49,897 bases of DNA, taken from the UHGV virus genome UHGV-0143838; one strand, given 5' to 3'. Below, piece after piece: positions 18,800-28,746 of this stretch. This DNA is from a virus. A model generated the notes under the pieces. That model made no database searches. It had not been told where the DNA came from and saw only the letters and a program-made list of their open reading frames with translations. The position numbers and the translations under genes were made by a program. The stretch's first letter is position 1. Each line of letters starts with the position of its first letter.

Positions 18800-18862
18800 C
18801 CGCTACAGCATATCCGGGCTTCACTGTTCTCAAGATAACAGGCCCGGAAAATATTCGATTAT

Positions 18863-19243
18863 TCATCCAAGACTATCCCAGTCTGGCAGGTTGTTAACGA
18901 CCTTTCGCCACCAATGATACGCAGCCATAAGAACACCAAAACAAATACCTGCTACGACGCTTGAGACAAATGCAGTGCCCGGTTGTATCCCCGTATCCTT
19001 CCAAGTAAAAAACCACATACAGATCCCCCATGCCGGACCAAACCATCCACCCATCAACAAAGTGATTTGCCAGAATGAGGCAAAAGGTAGCGGTGGTATC
19101 TTGAGTCCAGCTTTCCATGCGAGGTGTAGCAAAGGAGGGGCATAATTACTTCGCCACATCTTCTTGCTTTCCATGATGGCAATAGCGTGTTTCTTTTTAG
19201 CTTCAAAGCCCATACGGTTCCCTCCAGCTCCACCTTTACTCAT
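18863..19243 (-). CDS. hypothetical membrane protein
   Basis: ORF 126 aa with 2-3 hydrophobic Trp-rich segments. Confidence 0.45.
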   Translation of the reverse strand: MSKGGAGGNRMGFEAKKKHAIAIMESKKMWRSNYAPPLLHLAWKAGLKIPPLPFASFWQITLLMGGWFGPAWGICMWFFTWKDTGIQPGTAFVSSVVAGICFGVLMAAYHWWRKVVNNLPDWDSLG

Positions 19244-19317
19244 CTATCGATAAAAAGCCACAATAGACAATAATGATTATCAATTCCATGTATGTAAGTC
19301 AAAAATAACTCAAATAG

Positions 19318-19560
19318 TCATTCCTTTAGATCTTCTGGTGAAACCCGGTCACATGCCATTTTCTCAAGCATTCTTTGTAATCTTTTCATTTTCAACTTAC
19401 GCGCTTTTTTCTCACCAATCTCCTGATAGTATTCTTCACGACGTTCGTTGACCACGCTCCTGAAATTTTTCAAAAGCTGTTCAAGTGTTTTGATGTCAGT
19501 AGTTGCGGCTTCCGCTTGGATTTTTTTATACATATACATCACATGAAATTCATCAATCAT
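19318..19560 (-). CDS. hnsT: truncated H-NS-like protein (H-NST-like; oligomerisation domain only)
   Basis: 80 aa; LEQLLKNFRSVVNERREE matches the H-NS N-terminal dimerisation region ([19 protein letters not shown]); no C-terminal DNA-binding domain. Confidence 0.7.
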   Translation of the reverse strand: MIDEFHVMYMYKKIQAEAATTDIKTLEQLLKNFRSVVNERREEYYQEIGEKKARKLKMKRLQRMLEKMACDRVSPEDLKE

Positions 19561-19633
19561 TTTTTTGCTCCTTGGAAAGACAAATAAGATTTGTTATCAG
19601 CCCCAAGAAGGGGCCGATAGACGTCAGAATATA

Positions 19634-19930
19634 TCAGCATATTGATTCCGCCAGAACAGTGTAGTGCATTTTGGCTAATGCCTGCCTAACCTCTTTAAAA
19701 TCCACCTCAGATAGTTTTTCAGCCGCGTTCTTTTTCCATGCTTTTTTCAGAAGATGCTTTTCAGCATTTCTCATCGCCAGATCGATTAGCTTACAAACAA
19801 ACTCATGATCCATTACATGCGTTATAATCATATTGCTGGTCGTTTTATCCTTTGAGTTAAAAAGCTCCGCATAGATATGCAAGGACACAACATAGAAGAT
19901 TTCAGTGTTTTTATTTTTAAATGTATTCAT
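19634..19930 (-). CDS. hypothetical protein
   Basis: ORF 98 aa, same strand as flanking island genes. Confidence 0.4.
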   Translation of the reverse strand: MNTFKNKNTEIFYVVSLHIYAELFNSKDKTTSNMIITHVMDHEFVCKLIDLAMRNAEKHLLKKAWKKNAAEKLSEVDFKEVRQALAKMHYTVLAESIC

Positions 19931-19982
19931 TTTTATTTCCTCTTTAGTTTAATATTGGAATAGCAAAATATTTGTATGAGCA

Positions 19983-20285
19983 TTAGCGGTATACACACTT
20001 ATAGACAATCCAAAGCTGACGAAGGTGTTGCTTTACCTTACAGTGGTTTACTTCTCCATAAATCCGATTCCTTTTGCCTTCTTCTGTGTCATCGTAAAAA
20101 TGATATCGCGTTTTTTTAATGATACTTTCCATAATGTCATTCATATTGTATTTATTGTTGAGAAAATAATAAAAATCATCTGGTGCATTCCGCCGTAATC
20201 CGTCCATATAGTTCCTGAAATAACATTCGGCTTGTTCAATAAACTCTTTTATCGTAATAAGTTCTATCTTCATATTTTTCTCCAT
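19983..20285 (-). CDS. hypothetical protein
   Basis: ORF 100 aa, same strand as flanking island genes. Confidence 0.4.
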   Translation of the reverse strand: MEKNMKIELITIKEFIEQAECYFRNYMDGLRRNAPDDFYYFLNNKYNMNDIMESIIKKTRYHFYDDTEEGKRNRIYGEVNHCKVKQHLRQLWIVYKCVYR

Positions 20286-20354
20286 TATTGTTTAGGGTAA
20301 TAAGATGCCCTGTGCGAACAGATATTTGTTCGACACGAGATCTTGTTTCTTTTT

Positions 20355-20645
20355 TTATGCAGCGTTCTGGCGTGAGTGTCGAATAGTCACTTCAATCCAT
20401 TCATCAATCTCACTTTCAACAAAAGCGACACACCTCGGACCTATTTTTACTCTGTCAGGAAAGTTTCCTTCCTTAATACGCTCATATAAAGTCGTGCGAC
20501 TAAATCCCACTCGATTTAAAACATCAGGAACGCGGATAAATCGTTTTACGCTGGTTTCAATATTTTCTTTCATTGTCTGCCCTCTATTATTGTAAGTAAT
20601 CTCTATGAGATTTCGCTTTTCTCTATGTTGTTTCGACGTGAACAA
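20355..20645 (-). CDS. alpA: AlpA-family phage/island transcriptional regulator
   Basis: Segment RFIRVPDVLNRVGFSRTTLYERIKEGNFPDRVKIGPRCVAFVESEIDEWI is the characteristic AlpA/CP4-57 regulatory HTH; likely true start at the internal Met (MKENIE..., about 20573). Confidence 0.75.
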   Translation of the reverse strand: MFTSKQHREKRNLIEITYNNRGQTMKENIETSVKRFIRVPDVLNRVGFSRTTLYERIKEGNFPDRVKIGPRCVAFVESEIDEWIEVTIRHSRQNAA

Positions 20646-20789
20646 TGATAGCGATTTTGCTTATGGTAATTTAGGGACGTTCAAAGAAGTTTTTTTTGAA
20701 AAATTCGAAGGGGCACGGATGGAAAGATAACGGTTAACACTGGATGCGATCACGTTCGCACGGAGCGAACGTAACCCTTTTTACTTGGC

Positions 20790-21683
20790 TTATTTTTTCT
20801 TATTCCTGTCGTCTTCTACATGCTTTTCAACAGGGGAGTCTTTCAAGTGATTGTTTTCCATCATGTAATCTTCAAGCGATTTCAGATAGCTCGCATCCGT
20901 CAGAAAAGCCATTGCTAACGGGTAGTCCGTTGCCTTTAGCATTCCTTCATCACGATCGTTGTCGCTGTCCTCGTGAAGCAGCGAGGAAATCAGTGAAAGC
21001 GGGATTTTAATGCCGTTATCTTCTCCCCAGAAGATCAGGTCCATCATCGGGATAAGACGATAATCAATAATTTTTCTGAATGTGCTTTTCCCAAAACGAT
21101 ACTCTCTTGGCGCTGGAGACTTCATCTTAAGCTGTCTCTTCCATCGGGGGATCAACACTTTCAGATGTTCAATGATCTCTTCGGTTGATGCTTCTTCCAG
21201 ATGAATATCGACAGTAATACGTGAAAGATTATTAAGGGATGTCTCTTTCAGATACTCGGACAGAAATTCAGACTGGCTTAACCCAGAGAGTTCAGGCGTG
21301 GCTTCGGTTAATGCCAGCGTTTTCGCATAAAATTGCGCGTGGCTTCGTGTCGTAGGATTTACTGCGTAGGTTCTGGCAAGCTCATGTCCAAGAGTAGCGG
21401 TATCACCACTGAAAAAGATTTCACCGCTGAGGATCTTGTTGCGGTAATCATCCAGCATTAATCGGTTAAAGGTAGGTATGGTGTTCCGGCTCAACAACAT
21501 TCTGTAAGCCAAGATGCGCCGCTCAACCTCAACATAAAAATGCTGTAAGGTGAGTTTCTCTATCGCCTCATAGCGTTCCACATCAAACCATGCTTCCAGT
21601 GCTTTCCTGATTTCACTTCTTTTCATCCATCCTCCAACAATCCATTTCCTTTGATATATCTTCACAGGATCCGTTTGGAACAA
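20790..21683 (-). CDS. hypothetical protein (not a recognisable integrase)
   Basis: ORF 297 aa adjacent to the tRNA fragment; I see no tyrosine-recombinase R..HxxR..Y signature. Confidence 0.5.
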   Translation of the reverse strand: MFQTDPVKIYQRKWIVGGWMKRSEIRKALEAWFDVERYEAIEKLTLQHFYVEVERRILAYRMLLSRNTIPTFNRLMLDDYRNKILSGEIFFSGDTATLGHELARTYAVNPTTRSHAQFYAKTLALTEATPELSGLSQSEFLSEYLKETSLNNLSRITVDIHLEEASTEEIIEHLKVLIPRWKRQLKMKSPAPREYRFGKSTFRKIIDYRLIPMMDLIFWGEDNGIKIPLSLISSLLHEDSDNDRDEGMLKATDYPLAMAFLTDASYLKSLEDYMMENNHLKDSPVEKHVEDDRNKKK

Positions 21684-21904
21684 TTGAAGTTCAACTGTTT
21701 TGTCATCAGAGACGGGGGAATGGCTAAGTTGTTGTTAAGAGTGTGAACTCGAGAGCATAAAAGTGGATGCCCGACGCGCGGCAAAATGGTAAAAAACAGC
21801 ATCAGTAGTAAGAAAAATTGAGCGAGAGAAAGGAATTTTAATGCAGGGATTTATGCATGACAAAATCAAAAATGCTTTGTAAGTGATTGATTTTGTTGAA
21901 TGAT

Positions 21905-21966
21905 TGGCGGAGAGAGGGGGATTTGAACCCCCGGTAGAGTTGCCCCTACTCCGGTTTTCGAGACCG
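21905..21966 (-). tRNA. partial tRNA-Ser(CGA) (3' 62 nt, serU-like): prophage attachment core, not a functional tRNA
   Basis: Minus strand reads CGGTCTCGAAAACCGGAGTAGGGGCAACTCTACCGGGGGTTCAAATCCCCCTCTCTCCGCCA: anticodon stem-loop (CGA), long variable arm, T-arm GGTTCAAATCC and acceptor end; the 5' half is absent. Confidence 0.8.
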
Positions 21967-22694
21967 ATGATACAGAGTCGAAAAATCAAAGAGTTAAAAA
22001 TTTTTCTTGGAATAAATGTCTTAAAATCGTACACGAAAAATCAATAAATTACATAACATTAAAGAAGAATATTCCAAGCCTTCTTGAGGCCACCACCTGT
22101 TTTCAGGTGTCATTCAGATGTGATTTACCCCAGATTGGGAAAGCACGCTTTTTTTTCTCAGCTTATTCCGTTTTGCCTGTGTGTTGAATAATTCCACTGC
22201 AGTTATATAAAATCAGTAACAGCTGGAAATCATTCAATACTCGCACTATCGAAAGTTCGCCAGCCAGCCGTGGCACGTTCTTGCATACGACGTGCTACGG
22301 TTTCATTTATCTCCGACCGGAAACCTCTTATACAAAGTCGATATGCCAACATCATAGATGATCGCCTACTGGTGGAACTTATATATAAAGCAATAATGAC
22401 CAAACTTTACAGGCGGAGAAGAGCCGCTTCTTTAAACTTTCCTCAATAACAGCATTACTTGTATAATGCATCAGTTCACAATAGAAAAATGCATACTGCT
22501 ATGTTGCCCGGATCATCACGGGCATTTTTTATCCACCCTACCACGACATATTCATACGCTGCCACACAGAACATTTCAATCCACCAGTATGTTTCCGGTG
22601 TTTCACTCTCAGCAACAAACAACAGGAGAACGCATAATCGCAGCATAAAATGCATGATGTAAGGAGCTTATATCGCTCCTTACATTAATATTAT

Positions 22695-25070
22695 TCACTG
22701 GCCAGACAGCGATGCCAGCATGAAATAATGCAGCTCATCATTCCTTACAGACATTATTTCACCAGCCTCCCTGACCAGCTTGCGCTCTCCGGTATCGTAT
22801 TCTTCCATTGTAAGGAGTCCGTCAGAACCAAGCTCCATACGAGTCCCGTAAACCACTTCATATTCCGCCGGATATTCATCACGACACAAAATACCGTAAT
22901 CAAAAGCGTCCAGCCCTTCCTCAGAGAAGACCTTCTGTACGTCCTGAGCAATCACTCCTACATGCCATCTGGCTGCGTTCCCTTTGCTGGACACTGCATC
23001 TCTGAAACGGAACCGACAGATATACCCGAGCAGCTTTCTGGCAACCCTTTTTTCTGCATCCGACAGAATTGTTTCGTCCTGTTTATGAGTCCGGTCTGAT
23101 GTACTGATACTTCCCGTAGCTGAATAAACCTGTGCGGGTCGCCATGAGGCATAACCGATCGAATACGTATTATCTGTATAAGGGCGGAGATTTCCTGATG
23201 AATCTATGCGCCATCTCTTTTCTCCTCCTGTGGCATTTGCATCCTGATTCGTTGCAAAATCAATCACTGTCGCTGACCTGAACACAGATGAACCACCGCC
23301 AATTACCAGCGTGTTATTCCCCTCTGATGCCTGTTGGTCAACTACCAGTATTTTATCCTGATTTTTACCTGAACCACTTTTCGAGGCAGCGATAATACGA
23401 TTAAACTGATCCTCACCATCGCTCTTTTGTGCGATGGTGATAACATTGGACCAGATTGCCTCTCTTTGTCGCTGAAAACCATATTCTCCGCTGTCTGTAG
23501 TGACAGCTTTATATTTTATTCCACCTTCAGCTGACTCCTGCGTTATATAGAATGTCTGGTTATTAGCATTCTTGATGAACACATAATTGTCAGCAGGAAT
23601 GTCATTTCCACTCAGATCTTTAATCGGTGTCGTGGTTGTATGCAGACAAAACCATTTCTGACTCACAGAACGCATATATGCCAGAATTTCAGACAGGGAT
23701 GTGAATACCGTCCCCAACACCGGGTTTACCAACCCCTGGGCACTACGGGGAAATGTTCCAATACTGGCATGAGACACATCAAACCCCGTGTACAACCAGG
23801 CTGCCTGACGAAAATCAATAGCATCTCTGCCAGTACTGAACTCTTTCATCAGAACAATTCCTTTCTGATAAGCCTGTGGTAACCCACGCTCCAGAAAGAT
23901 ATAAAGCGAATATATACTGCCGCCGTCGTCAGAAATACAAATTCCTTCGTTCTCAATGCGCGAAGGTGTAAAACCCTGCCTGGTAAGCACATCTATCATT
24001 TTTTGGGGATGAAGAATGGATTCCTGCTGCTTTACTCCATCCGGAGAAAAGACCTTAACCCCCTGAAACTGGTTAAATCCGGCTGATGCCCCAGTATTAA
24101 AATAGCCACCATAAGAACAGGCAATATAATCGTCTCCCACAGCAATTCCCTGACGTTTTGTGAAGCGTCTTGCATAGCTGTCTGTGCTTTCCGTGATATA
24201 TCCGGAATCATGCAACGGTAATGTGAATGTCCCTGTCCGACGAAACTGAAAATCATACACCGCAAATACTGTGCGGGTGATCAGGCCTCCCACTTCCGGT
24301 GCTGACTGTTCAACCACCCAGCGGTTTTTACGATAGCTGAACTGGTTGTAAACACCGACATCATGTTCATCAATTAACGGCAATACTGAACCAGAAATTG
24401 CCCCATCAAGCGAAAACTGTTTCAGTAATCCATTTTCTCCTGACATGAACAAACGTAATCCACCGTAATCCGTTGTCACCACAAGGCCTTCGCTGACAAC
24501 GCCACGACCTCCATTATCGACATAATAATATCCCTCATATTCGCCGGATGTTGTGTACTGAACTATAACGTTCCGTGTCTGCTTTGGCTCAACGGTATAA
24601 CTCAGATAGATTTTTTCTCCTGTCACCACAAATCCCTGTGGATACATATATTCCGCACCAGACTGAGCAGCCAGCACCGTATCGTAGTCCGGGAATAATA
24701 ACGGCAATTCCATTAAGACACTACGGGAATGGTTAGTGTACAGATTGTTCAATGAACCAGCTTTTACATCCTGTAACCCCAGATTTTCAAGAGCGCGTTC
24801 TACCGTGCCATCCGATTTGATATCGCCAAACGGATTTTTGCGGCTTAACAGCAGCGCACGAAGCGCGGTAAGCAGCTGGTCGTGCCGCGCCTTCTCCAGA
24901 CTGGCACCGGAGGCCTCCACCACGCTGCAAAGTTCTTCCTGCAACATGTCAAAGTAGTCATCATCCAGATCGGTGGCAGGCGTGCCGGTCTGGGGGTTAC
25001 CACGGGTAAAACCGTTCTTACCCGCGCCGAACTTATCCTTCTGCGCGGTTTTCGTGTCTATACGATGCAT
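22695..25070 (-). CDS. tail fibre protein with C-terminal intramolecular chaperone (peptidase S74-like) domain
   Basis: 791 aa; last gene of the tail module; C-terminal [17 protein letters not shown]...GLLTMEEYD resembles self-cleaving tail-fibre/endosialidase chaperone domains; no separate tail-fibre assembly gene follows. Confidence 0.8.
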   Translation of the reverse strand: MHRIDTKTAQKDKFGAGKNGFTRGNPQTGTPATDLDDDYFDMLQEELCSVVEASGASLEKARHDQLLTALRALLLSRKNPFGDIKSDGTVERALENLGLQDVKAGSLNNLYTNHSRSVLMELPLLFPDYDTVLAAQSGAEYMYPQGFVVTGEKIYLSYTVEPKQTRNVIVQYTTSGEYEGYYYVDNGGRGVVSEGLVVTTDYGGLRLFMSGENGLLKQFSLDGAISGSVLPLIDEHDVGVYNQFSYRKNRWVVEQSAPEVGGLITRTVFAVYDFQFRRTGTFTLPLHDSGYITESTDSYARRFTKRQGIAVGDDYIACSYGGYFNTGASAGFNQFQGVKVFSPDGVKQQESILHPQKMIDVLTRQGFTPSRIENEGICISDDGGSIYSLYIFLERGLPQAYQKGIVLMKEFSTGRDAIDFRQAAWLYTGFDVSHASIGTFPRSAQGLVNPVLGTVFTSLSEILAYMRSVSQKWFCLHTTTTPIKDLSGNDIPADNYVFIKNANNQTFYITQESAEGGIKYKAVTTDSGEYGFQRQREAIWSNVITIAQKSDGEDQFNRIIAASKSGSGKNQDKILVVDQQASEGNNTLVIGGGSSVFRSATVIDFATNQDANATGGEKRWRIDSSGNLRPYTDNTYSIGYASWRPAQVYSATGSISTSDRTHKQDETILSDAEKRVARKLLGYICRFRFRDAVSSKGNAARWHVGVIAQDVQKVFSEEGLDAFDYGILCRDEYPAEYEVVYGTRMELGSDGLLTMEEYDTGERKLVREAGEIMSVRNDELHYFMLASLSGQ

Positions 25071-25073
25071 GGA

Positions 25074-25658
25074 TTACTCCGGATATTTGAAAATTACGTA
25101 GGTATGCGAAGGGCAGAGTTTGTTAAGCACGCACTCGACAACGGTGTCGCCCCAGATACGCAGTGCGGAATCACAGGGATCGCCACATGTCATCCAGGTG
25201 GTGTTGGTGGCGGCTGGCATGTTGACCTGCCAGTAATACCGCCATTCCGTCGCATTCACTGCGTCAGTACAGGCCGATGAGCAGGTGAACGTGCTTTTGT
25301 CGTATCGCGTGATGGTGGCGTCTGGTCTGCCCAGGGCAGCAAGCTGTGCAAGGTAAAAATCCTCATTGATGCCGCCCGCCAGATTAACCTTCGCATCCAG
25401 CCGTTGCTGACGCTGGCGAAGGGTCTGCGTTCCCGCCGGAATACATTCATCCGGCAGGCCGCACAGACGCTCCCAGCGGTTTATCAGTTCAGTGGTGGTG
25501 CGCAGGTCCAGCTCCCGCATCAGGGCATCCGCACGCTGATGAACGCGGGTTAATGACGGTGCCGCACCGGCAATCGCTGGATCGCTGGATGACCACGCCG
25601 GACCGGGGGGCAACAGTGCCGACAACAGACGGATGTAATCATCGTTTGTCACGTCCAT
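25074..25658 (-). CDS. Mu gp48-like tail protein (DUF2313/YmfQ-like)
   Basis: 194 aa between baseplate J and tail fibre, the canonical position; overlaps the J-like gene by 10 nt. Confidence 0.65.
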   Translation of the reverse strand: MDVTNDDYIRLLSALLPPGPAWSSSDPAIAGAAPSLTRVHQRADALMRELDLRTTTELINRWERLCGLPDECIPAGTQTLRQRQQRLDAKVNLAGGINEDFYLAQLAALGRPDATITRYDKSTFTCSSACTDAVNATEWRYYWQVNMPAATNTTWMTCGDPCDSALRIWGDTVVECVLNKLCPSHTYVIFKYPE

Positions 25659-26707
25659 GAAATCGTCCCCAGTACCGCCAGTTCATTTTTTGCAATGGAG
25701 ATATTGTCTGCCGGTGCAAGCAACTGATGGCTGTATTCCCCGTTCGCACCGGAAATCGCTTCACTGATACGCGACACCTTCAGTTCTCCCTGCGGATAAC
25801 CATCACGCAGCAGGAACGAACGCAACTCGGCGGTGATGGCAGCCCGTATTTCCGGTGTGTCCGGCGTCACGCGGATATGAAAATCCACTTTATGCGCCAC
25901 CGGCCTGAATACATATAAATCAGAGCCTGCCACCGGGGCCAGTGGCCCGATATGTTGTCTTGCCGCCGTTTCCGTTGATTCTTCCGGAATGGGATTAATC
26001 AGGTCACTGCTGGCAATCATCACACCGACAGTTCCCGTTCCCATCCAGTGACGGTATGTCCATGCGCGGGTAATGCCGGGCACTTCTTTAGCCCAGACGA
26101 CATAGTCCCCGTCAGCCCCGCCCTGAGGCGTCCAGTAATACCGCTCAATGACGCGGGCGCGCCACGTTTCCAGATCTTCAGTATCGAATCCGCCAGTCAG
26201 GGTATCTGCAACACCGGAAGACGGCAGACCATTCACCGGCGTGACCAGGATTAATGCCGTACCGTCGTCAGCGTTACCGACCGCGCCTGTAGTTGAGCAA
26301 GTGATCGGCGCACGCAGGACACCACCGGAGCTGGTTGCATCGGCAGTTGCCGTGTACTGAACCAGGTCATCGCGCTGAATCACGCTCCCGGCAGTCACCT
26401 TCAGGCCATCGCTGACACCTTCCCAGCGCATATACCCGCTGGCAGCCGTGGCCCCCTTGCGCGGACACCGTTTCATCGCAGCATGTCGTGCCAGCCAGGA
26501 CTCATCGCACAGGTCAGGCAGCATATTCATTGCCAGATAATCGATGTACCCATAAACCGTATGCAGCGCCGCCGCATACACCTTTGCCCGCACGTCTTCA
26601 TCCATGCGCCGGAGCGTGTCGCTGACGTCCAGCCTGGCGAATAAATCGTTACGGAGCATACTGATATTTTCTGCCAGCGTCGGGCGCTGAAATTCACTGT
26701 CCGCCAT
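25649..26707 (-). CDS. baseplate J-like protein (Mu gp47-like)
   Basis: 352 aa; size and position downstream of the W/gp46-like gene; overlapping start and stop with neighbours. Confidence 0.8.
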   Translation of the reverse strand: MADSEFQRPTLAENISMLRNDLFARLDVSDTLRRMDEDVRAKVYAAALHTVYGYIDYLAMNMLPDLCDESWLARHAAMKRCPRKGATAASGYMRWEGVSDGLKVTAGSVIQRDDLVQYTATADATSSGGVLRAPITCSTTGAVGNADDGTALILVTPVNGLPSSGVADTLTGGFDTEDLETWRARVIERYYWTPQGGADGDYVVWAKEVPGITRAWTYRHWMGTGTVGVMIASSDLINPIPEESTETAARQHIGPLAPVAGSDLYVFRPVAHKVDFHIRVTPDTPEIRAAITAELRSFLLRDGYPQGELKVSRISEAISGANGEYSHQLLAPADNISIAKNELAVLGTISWT

Positions 26708-27122
26708 GCGTTATCGCACTCCACAGATCATCAAAAGAAATCATTACCGGTCCGTCACGACGCCAGAGAGTGATACTGTTACCCAGTTCATTAATCCCGG
26801 TGCGGCGGATATCCAGATCAATACGGGACACCACGCCGTCATCAATCATCCATTGCAGGCATTCGCGGATAGACCCCCTTACCGTCTGCACCAGCTGATT
26901 GGTCAGTTTGCTGCGCTGAAGCAGCCACAGCCGGGAGCCGTAACGGTCATTCTGTACCGCAGGCCAGGTATCCCCCCACCATCCCATCGGGACGTCGGCG
27001 TTGTCATCAGGCTCCGCCCGCCGCCAGGTAAACAGGGAAATCACCACGGCGCGGGTCAGCGGATCCAGCGGTGCGCTGGCGCAGGTGCGTTTACCGTTCA
27101 CCGTCAGCCACAGTTCCATCAT
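26694..27122 (-). CDS. baseplate wedge protein (Mu gp46 / GPW / gp25-like)
   Basis: 142 aa, between V-like and J-like genes with 4-nt overlaps. Confidence 0.7.
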   Translation of the reverse strand: MMELWLTVNGKRTCASAPLDPLTRAVVISLFTWRRAEPDDNADVPMGWWGDTWPAVQNDRYGSRLWLLQRSKLTNQLVQTVRGSIRECLQWMIDDGVVSRIDLDIRRTGINELGNSITLWRRDGPVMISFDDLWSAITHGGQ

Positions 27123-27667
27123 GCCTCCATCGCTTTATCCGGTTTGTCGGTGTTACTGCCCTGACCGTTCTCTCTGTGACGATGCCCGTTATAGGCAAGC
27201 CGCATCGCTGACATGGTGGTGCCGCCGGAGTCGCACAGGTCTTTCACCTGTCCTGTCACTTCCAGGTCCATTTCAAAACGTGCTTTAGGTGAATTGCGAA
27301 ACGTGATCGTTTTACCTGCACCGTCCACCACGATCCCCTCCCGGGTCAGCGTCACGGACTGCCCCTGATCGTCATAGACAGCCACCTCACCCGTCTGCAG
27401 TCCTTTCAGGCGGTAGCGCCGGTCCGACACCGTAACAACCACCGCATGAGAACGGTCGCCATCCGGAAACAACACCACCGCTTCCGCACCGCTGTTTGCC
27501 CTTGCGGTAAAACCGTAGGGTTCAAGATGTTCAACCCCGGCTTTGGGTTCACCGGCAATCAGGGACACATCCACGGTCTGACATTTCGTGGCGGCACTGA
27601 TGCTTTTCACCACGGCCCGCCCAATCAGGCCGAGTAGTTGTCGCTGCATGGCTTCAATCGCCCTCAT
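27119..27667 (-). CDS. baseplate assembly protein V-like (spike)
   Basis: 182 aa following the gpP/gpD-like hub gene. Confidence 0.7.
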   Translation of the reverse strand: MRAIEAMQRQLLGLIGRAVVKSISAATKCQTVDVSLIAGEPKAGVEHLEPYGFTARANSGAEAVVLFPDGDRSHAVVVTVSDRRYRLKGLQTGEVAVYDDQGQSVTLTREGIVVDGAGKTITFRNSPKARFEMDLEVTGQVKDLCDSGGTTMSAMRLAYNGHRHRENGQGSNTDKPDKAMEA

Positions 27668-28746
27668 CAGAACGGGTCCTCCTGTACTCTGGCTTTTTTC
27701 TTTTTCCGCGCGCCGGGGTCTTCGGGTTCAGGCAGATAAGCATCAGGCGGGCCGACACGGATTTCCGTCAGGGTGCCGTTCTGGTCCTGAGTAAACGTGA
27801 CTTCCGAGACAAGCAGTTCGGTATTGTCAAAACCACAGACCGGATCAAAGACAATCACCCGCTGGTTGGGCTGCCACAGCGTACCGTTACCCTGTCGCCA
27901 GCCCTGCACCACATAGGTGGTTTCATCCGTCCGCGCCGCCCGTTGTCGGGCTTCAAAGTCAGCACGCGCAATACAGCCTGCCCCCGTAGCCTGCCCTGTC
28001 TGCCTGATATACATCGGACGGTAACGGGCAATAAATGCGTCCTCTGTGCGGGCCCGCAGCGCGGTGGTGGTGGCCTCACCGAAATCATCGTCGTTTCCGG
28101 CACGCTGCCCCGCCACCTGGTAAACAGAAAACCGCTCCCGGATACTCTTCTCCGTATCACAGGAAAGGATATTTTCCCCAAGTACCAGCGCGGTATGTGC
28201 CCGCGTTGAGCCAATACCGCCAATCACCAGCCTGCCGTGCGGGTCGTCGTAAGCCAGTGCCTGCTGCTGACCGAGTATTTTGTTGATTACCTCAATCACC
28301 GTTTCACCGTGATCAGGCTGAACATCAGGAATAACACCCGATGGCGCACCGCTGTTCACCACCTCAATGCCGAAAGGCGCAGCAAGCGCCTGCGCAATCT
28401 GCACCAGCGAGCGTCCGTTAAACTGTGTCGGTTCGGCTGCACAGTCAATCAGGTCAGCCGTCAGACTACGTCCGGCAATACCGGTGCTGACCGAACGGGC
28501 ATCGTAATGAACGGGAGTCGCCTCCACCCAGCCGGTGATCACCAGCTCATCACCAATCAGCACTTCCACTTTTGAACCGTTTTTAATGCGCGGCTGAAGC
28601 GTGGTGATACCCTCATCACCCGGCCACTGGCGGGTGATCTCCACACTGAAATCCCGCGCCAGCCGTTCAATACCGGCACCGATGCGCACCGATGTCCAGC
28701 CATTCCACTCCCGGCCATTTACCCGTAGCGTGACATTGTCGTTCAT
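27667..28746 (-). CDS. tail/baseplate hub protein (Mu gpP / P2 gpD-like)
   Basis: 359 aa; position after the DNA-circularisation gene; GC-rich phage codon usage. Confidence 0.75.
   Translation of the reverse strand: MNDNVTLRVNGREWNGWTSVRIGAGIERLARDFSVEITRQWPGDEGITTLQPRIKNGSKVEVLIGDELVITGWVEATPVHYDARSVSTGIAGRSLTADLIDCAAEPTQFNGRSLVQIAQALAAPFGIEVVNSGAPSGVIPDVQPDHGETVIEVINKILGQQQALAYDDPHGRLVIGGIGSTRAHTALVLGENILSCDTEKSIRERFSVYQVAGQRAGNDDDFGEATTTALRARTEDAFIARYRPMYIRQTGQATGAGCIARADFEARQRAARTDETTYVVQGWRQGNGTLWQPNQRVIVFDPVCGFDNTELLVSEVTFTQDQNGTLTEIRVGPPDAYLPEPEDPGARKKKKARVQEDPF

Larger units (their letters stand above)
1..21904. other. AT-rich accessory genomic island (partial, extends left of window), adjacent to tRNA-Ser att fragment
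   Basis: Uniformly low GC versus the prophage; H-NS paralogue, H-NST-like and AlpA-like genes; mostly orphan ORFs; long non-coding spacers. Confidence 0.6.

Noticed and set aside
20790-21683. Possible integrase next to the tRNA fragment
   Set aside because: 297 aa is short for a tyrosine recombinase and I see no R..HxxR..Y catalytic signature; left as hypothetical.
21905-21966. Functional tRNA-Ser gene
   Set aside because: Only the 3' 62 nt (anticodon stem to acceptor end) are present; the sequence diverges where the D-arm should be.
21735-22034. 99-aa minus-strand ORF
   Set aside because: Runs straight through the tRNA-Ser fragment and has no RBS; explained by the att/tRNA sequence.
22459-22662. 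Two overlapping short plus-strand ORFs between the att fragment and the tail fibre
   Set aside because: His/Thr-rich low-complexity translation with no RBS; more likely non-coding prophage end sequence.
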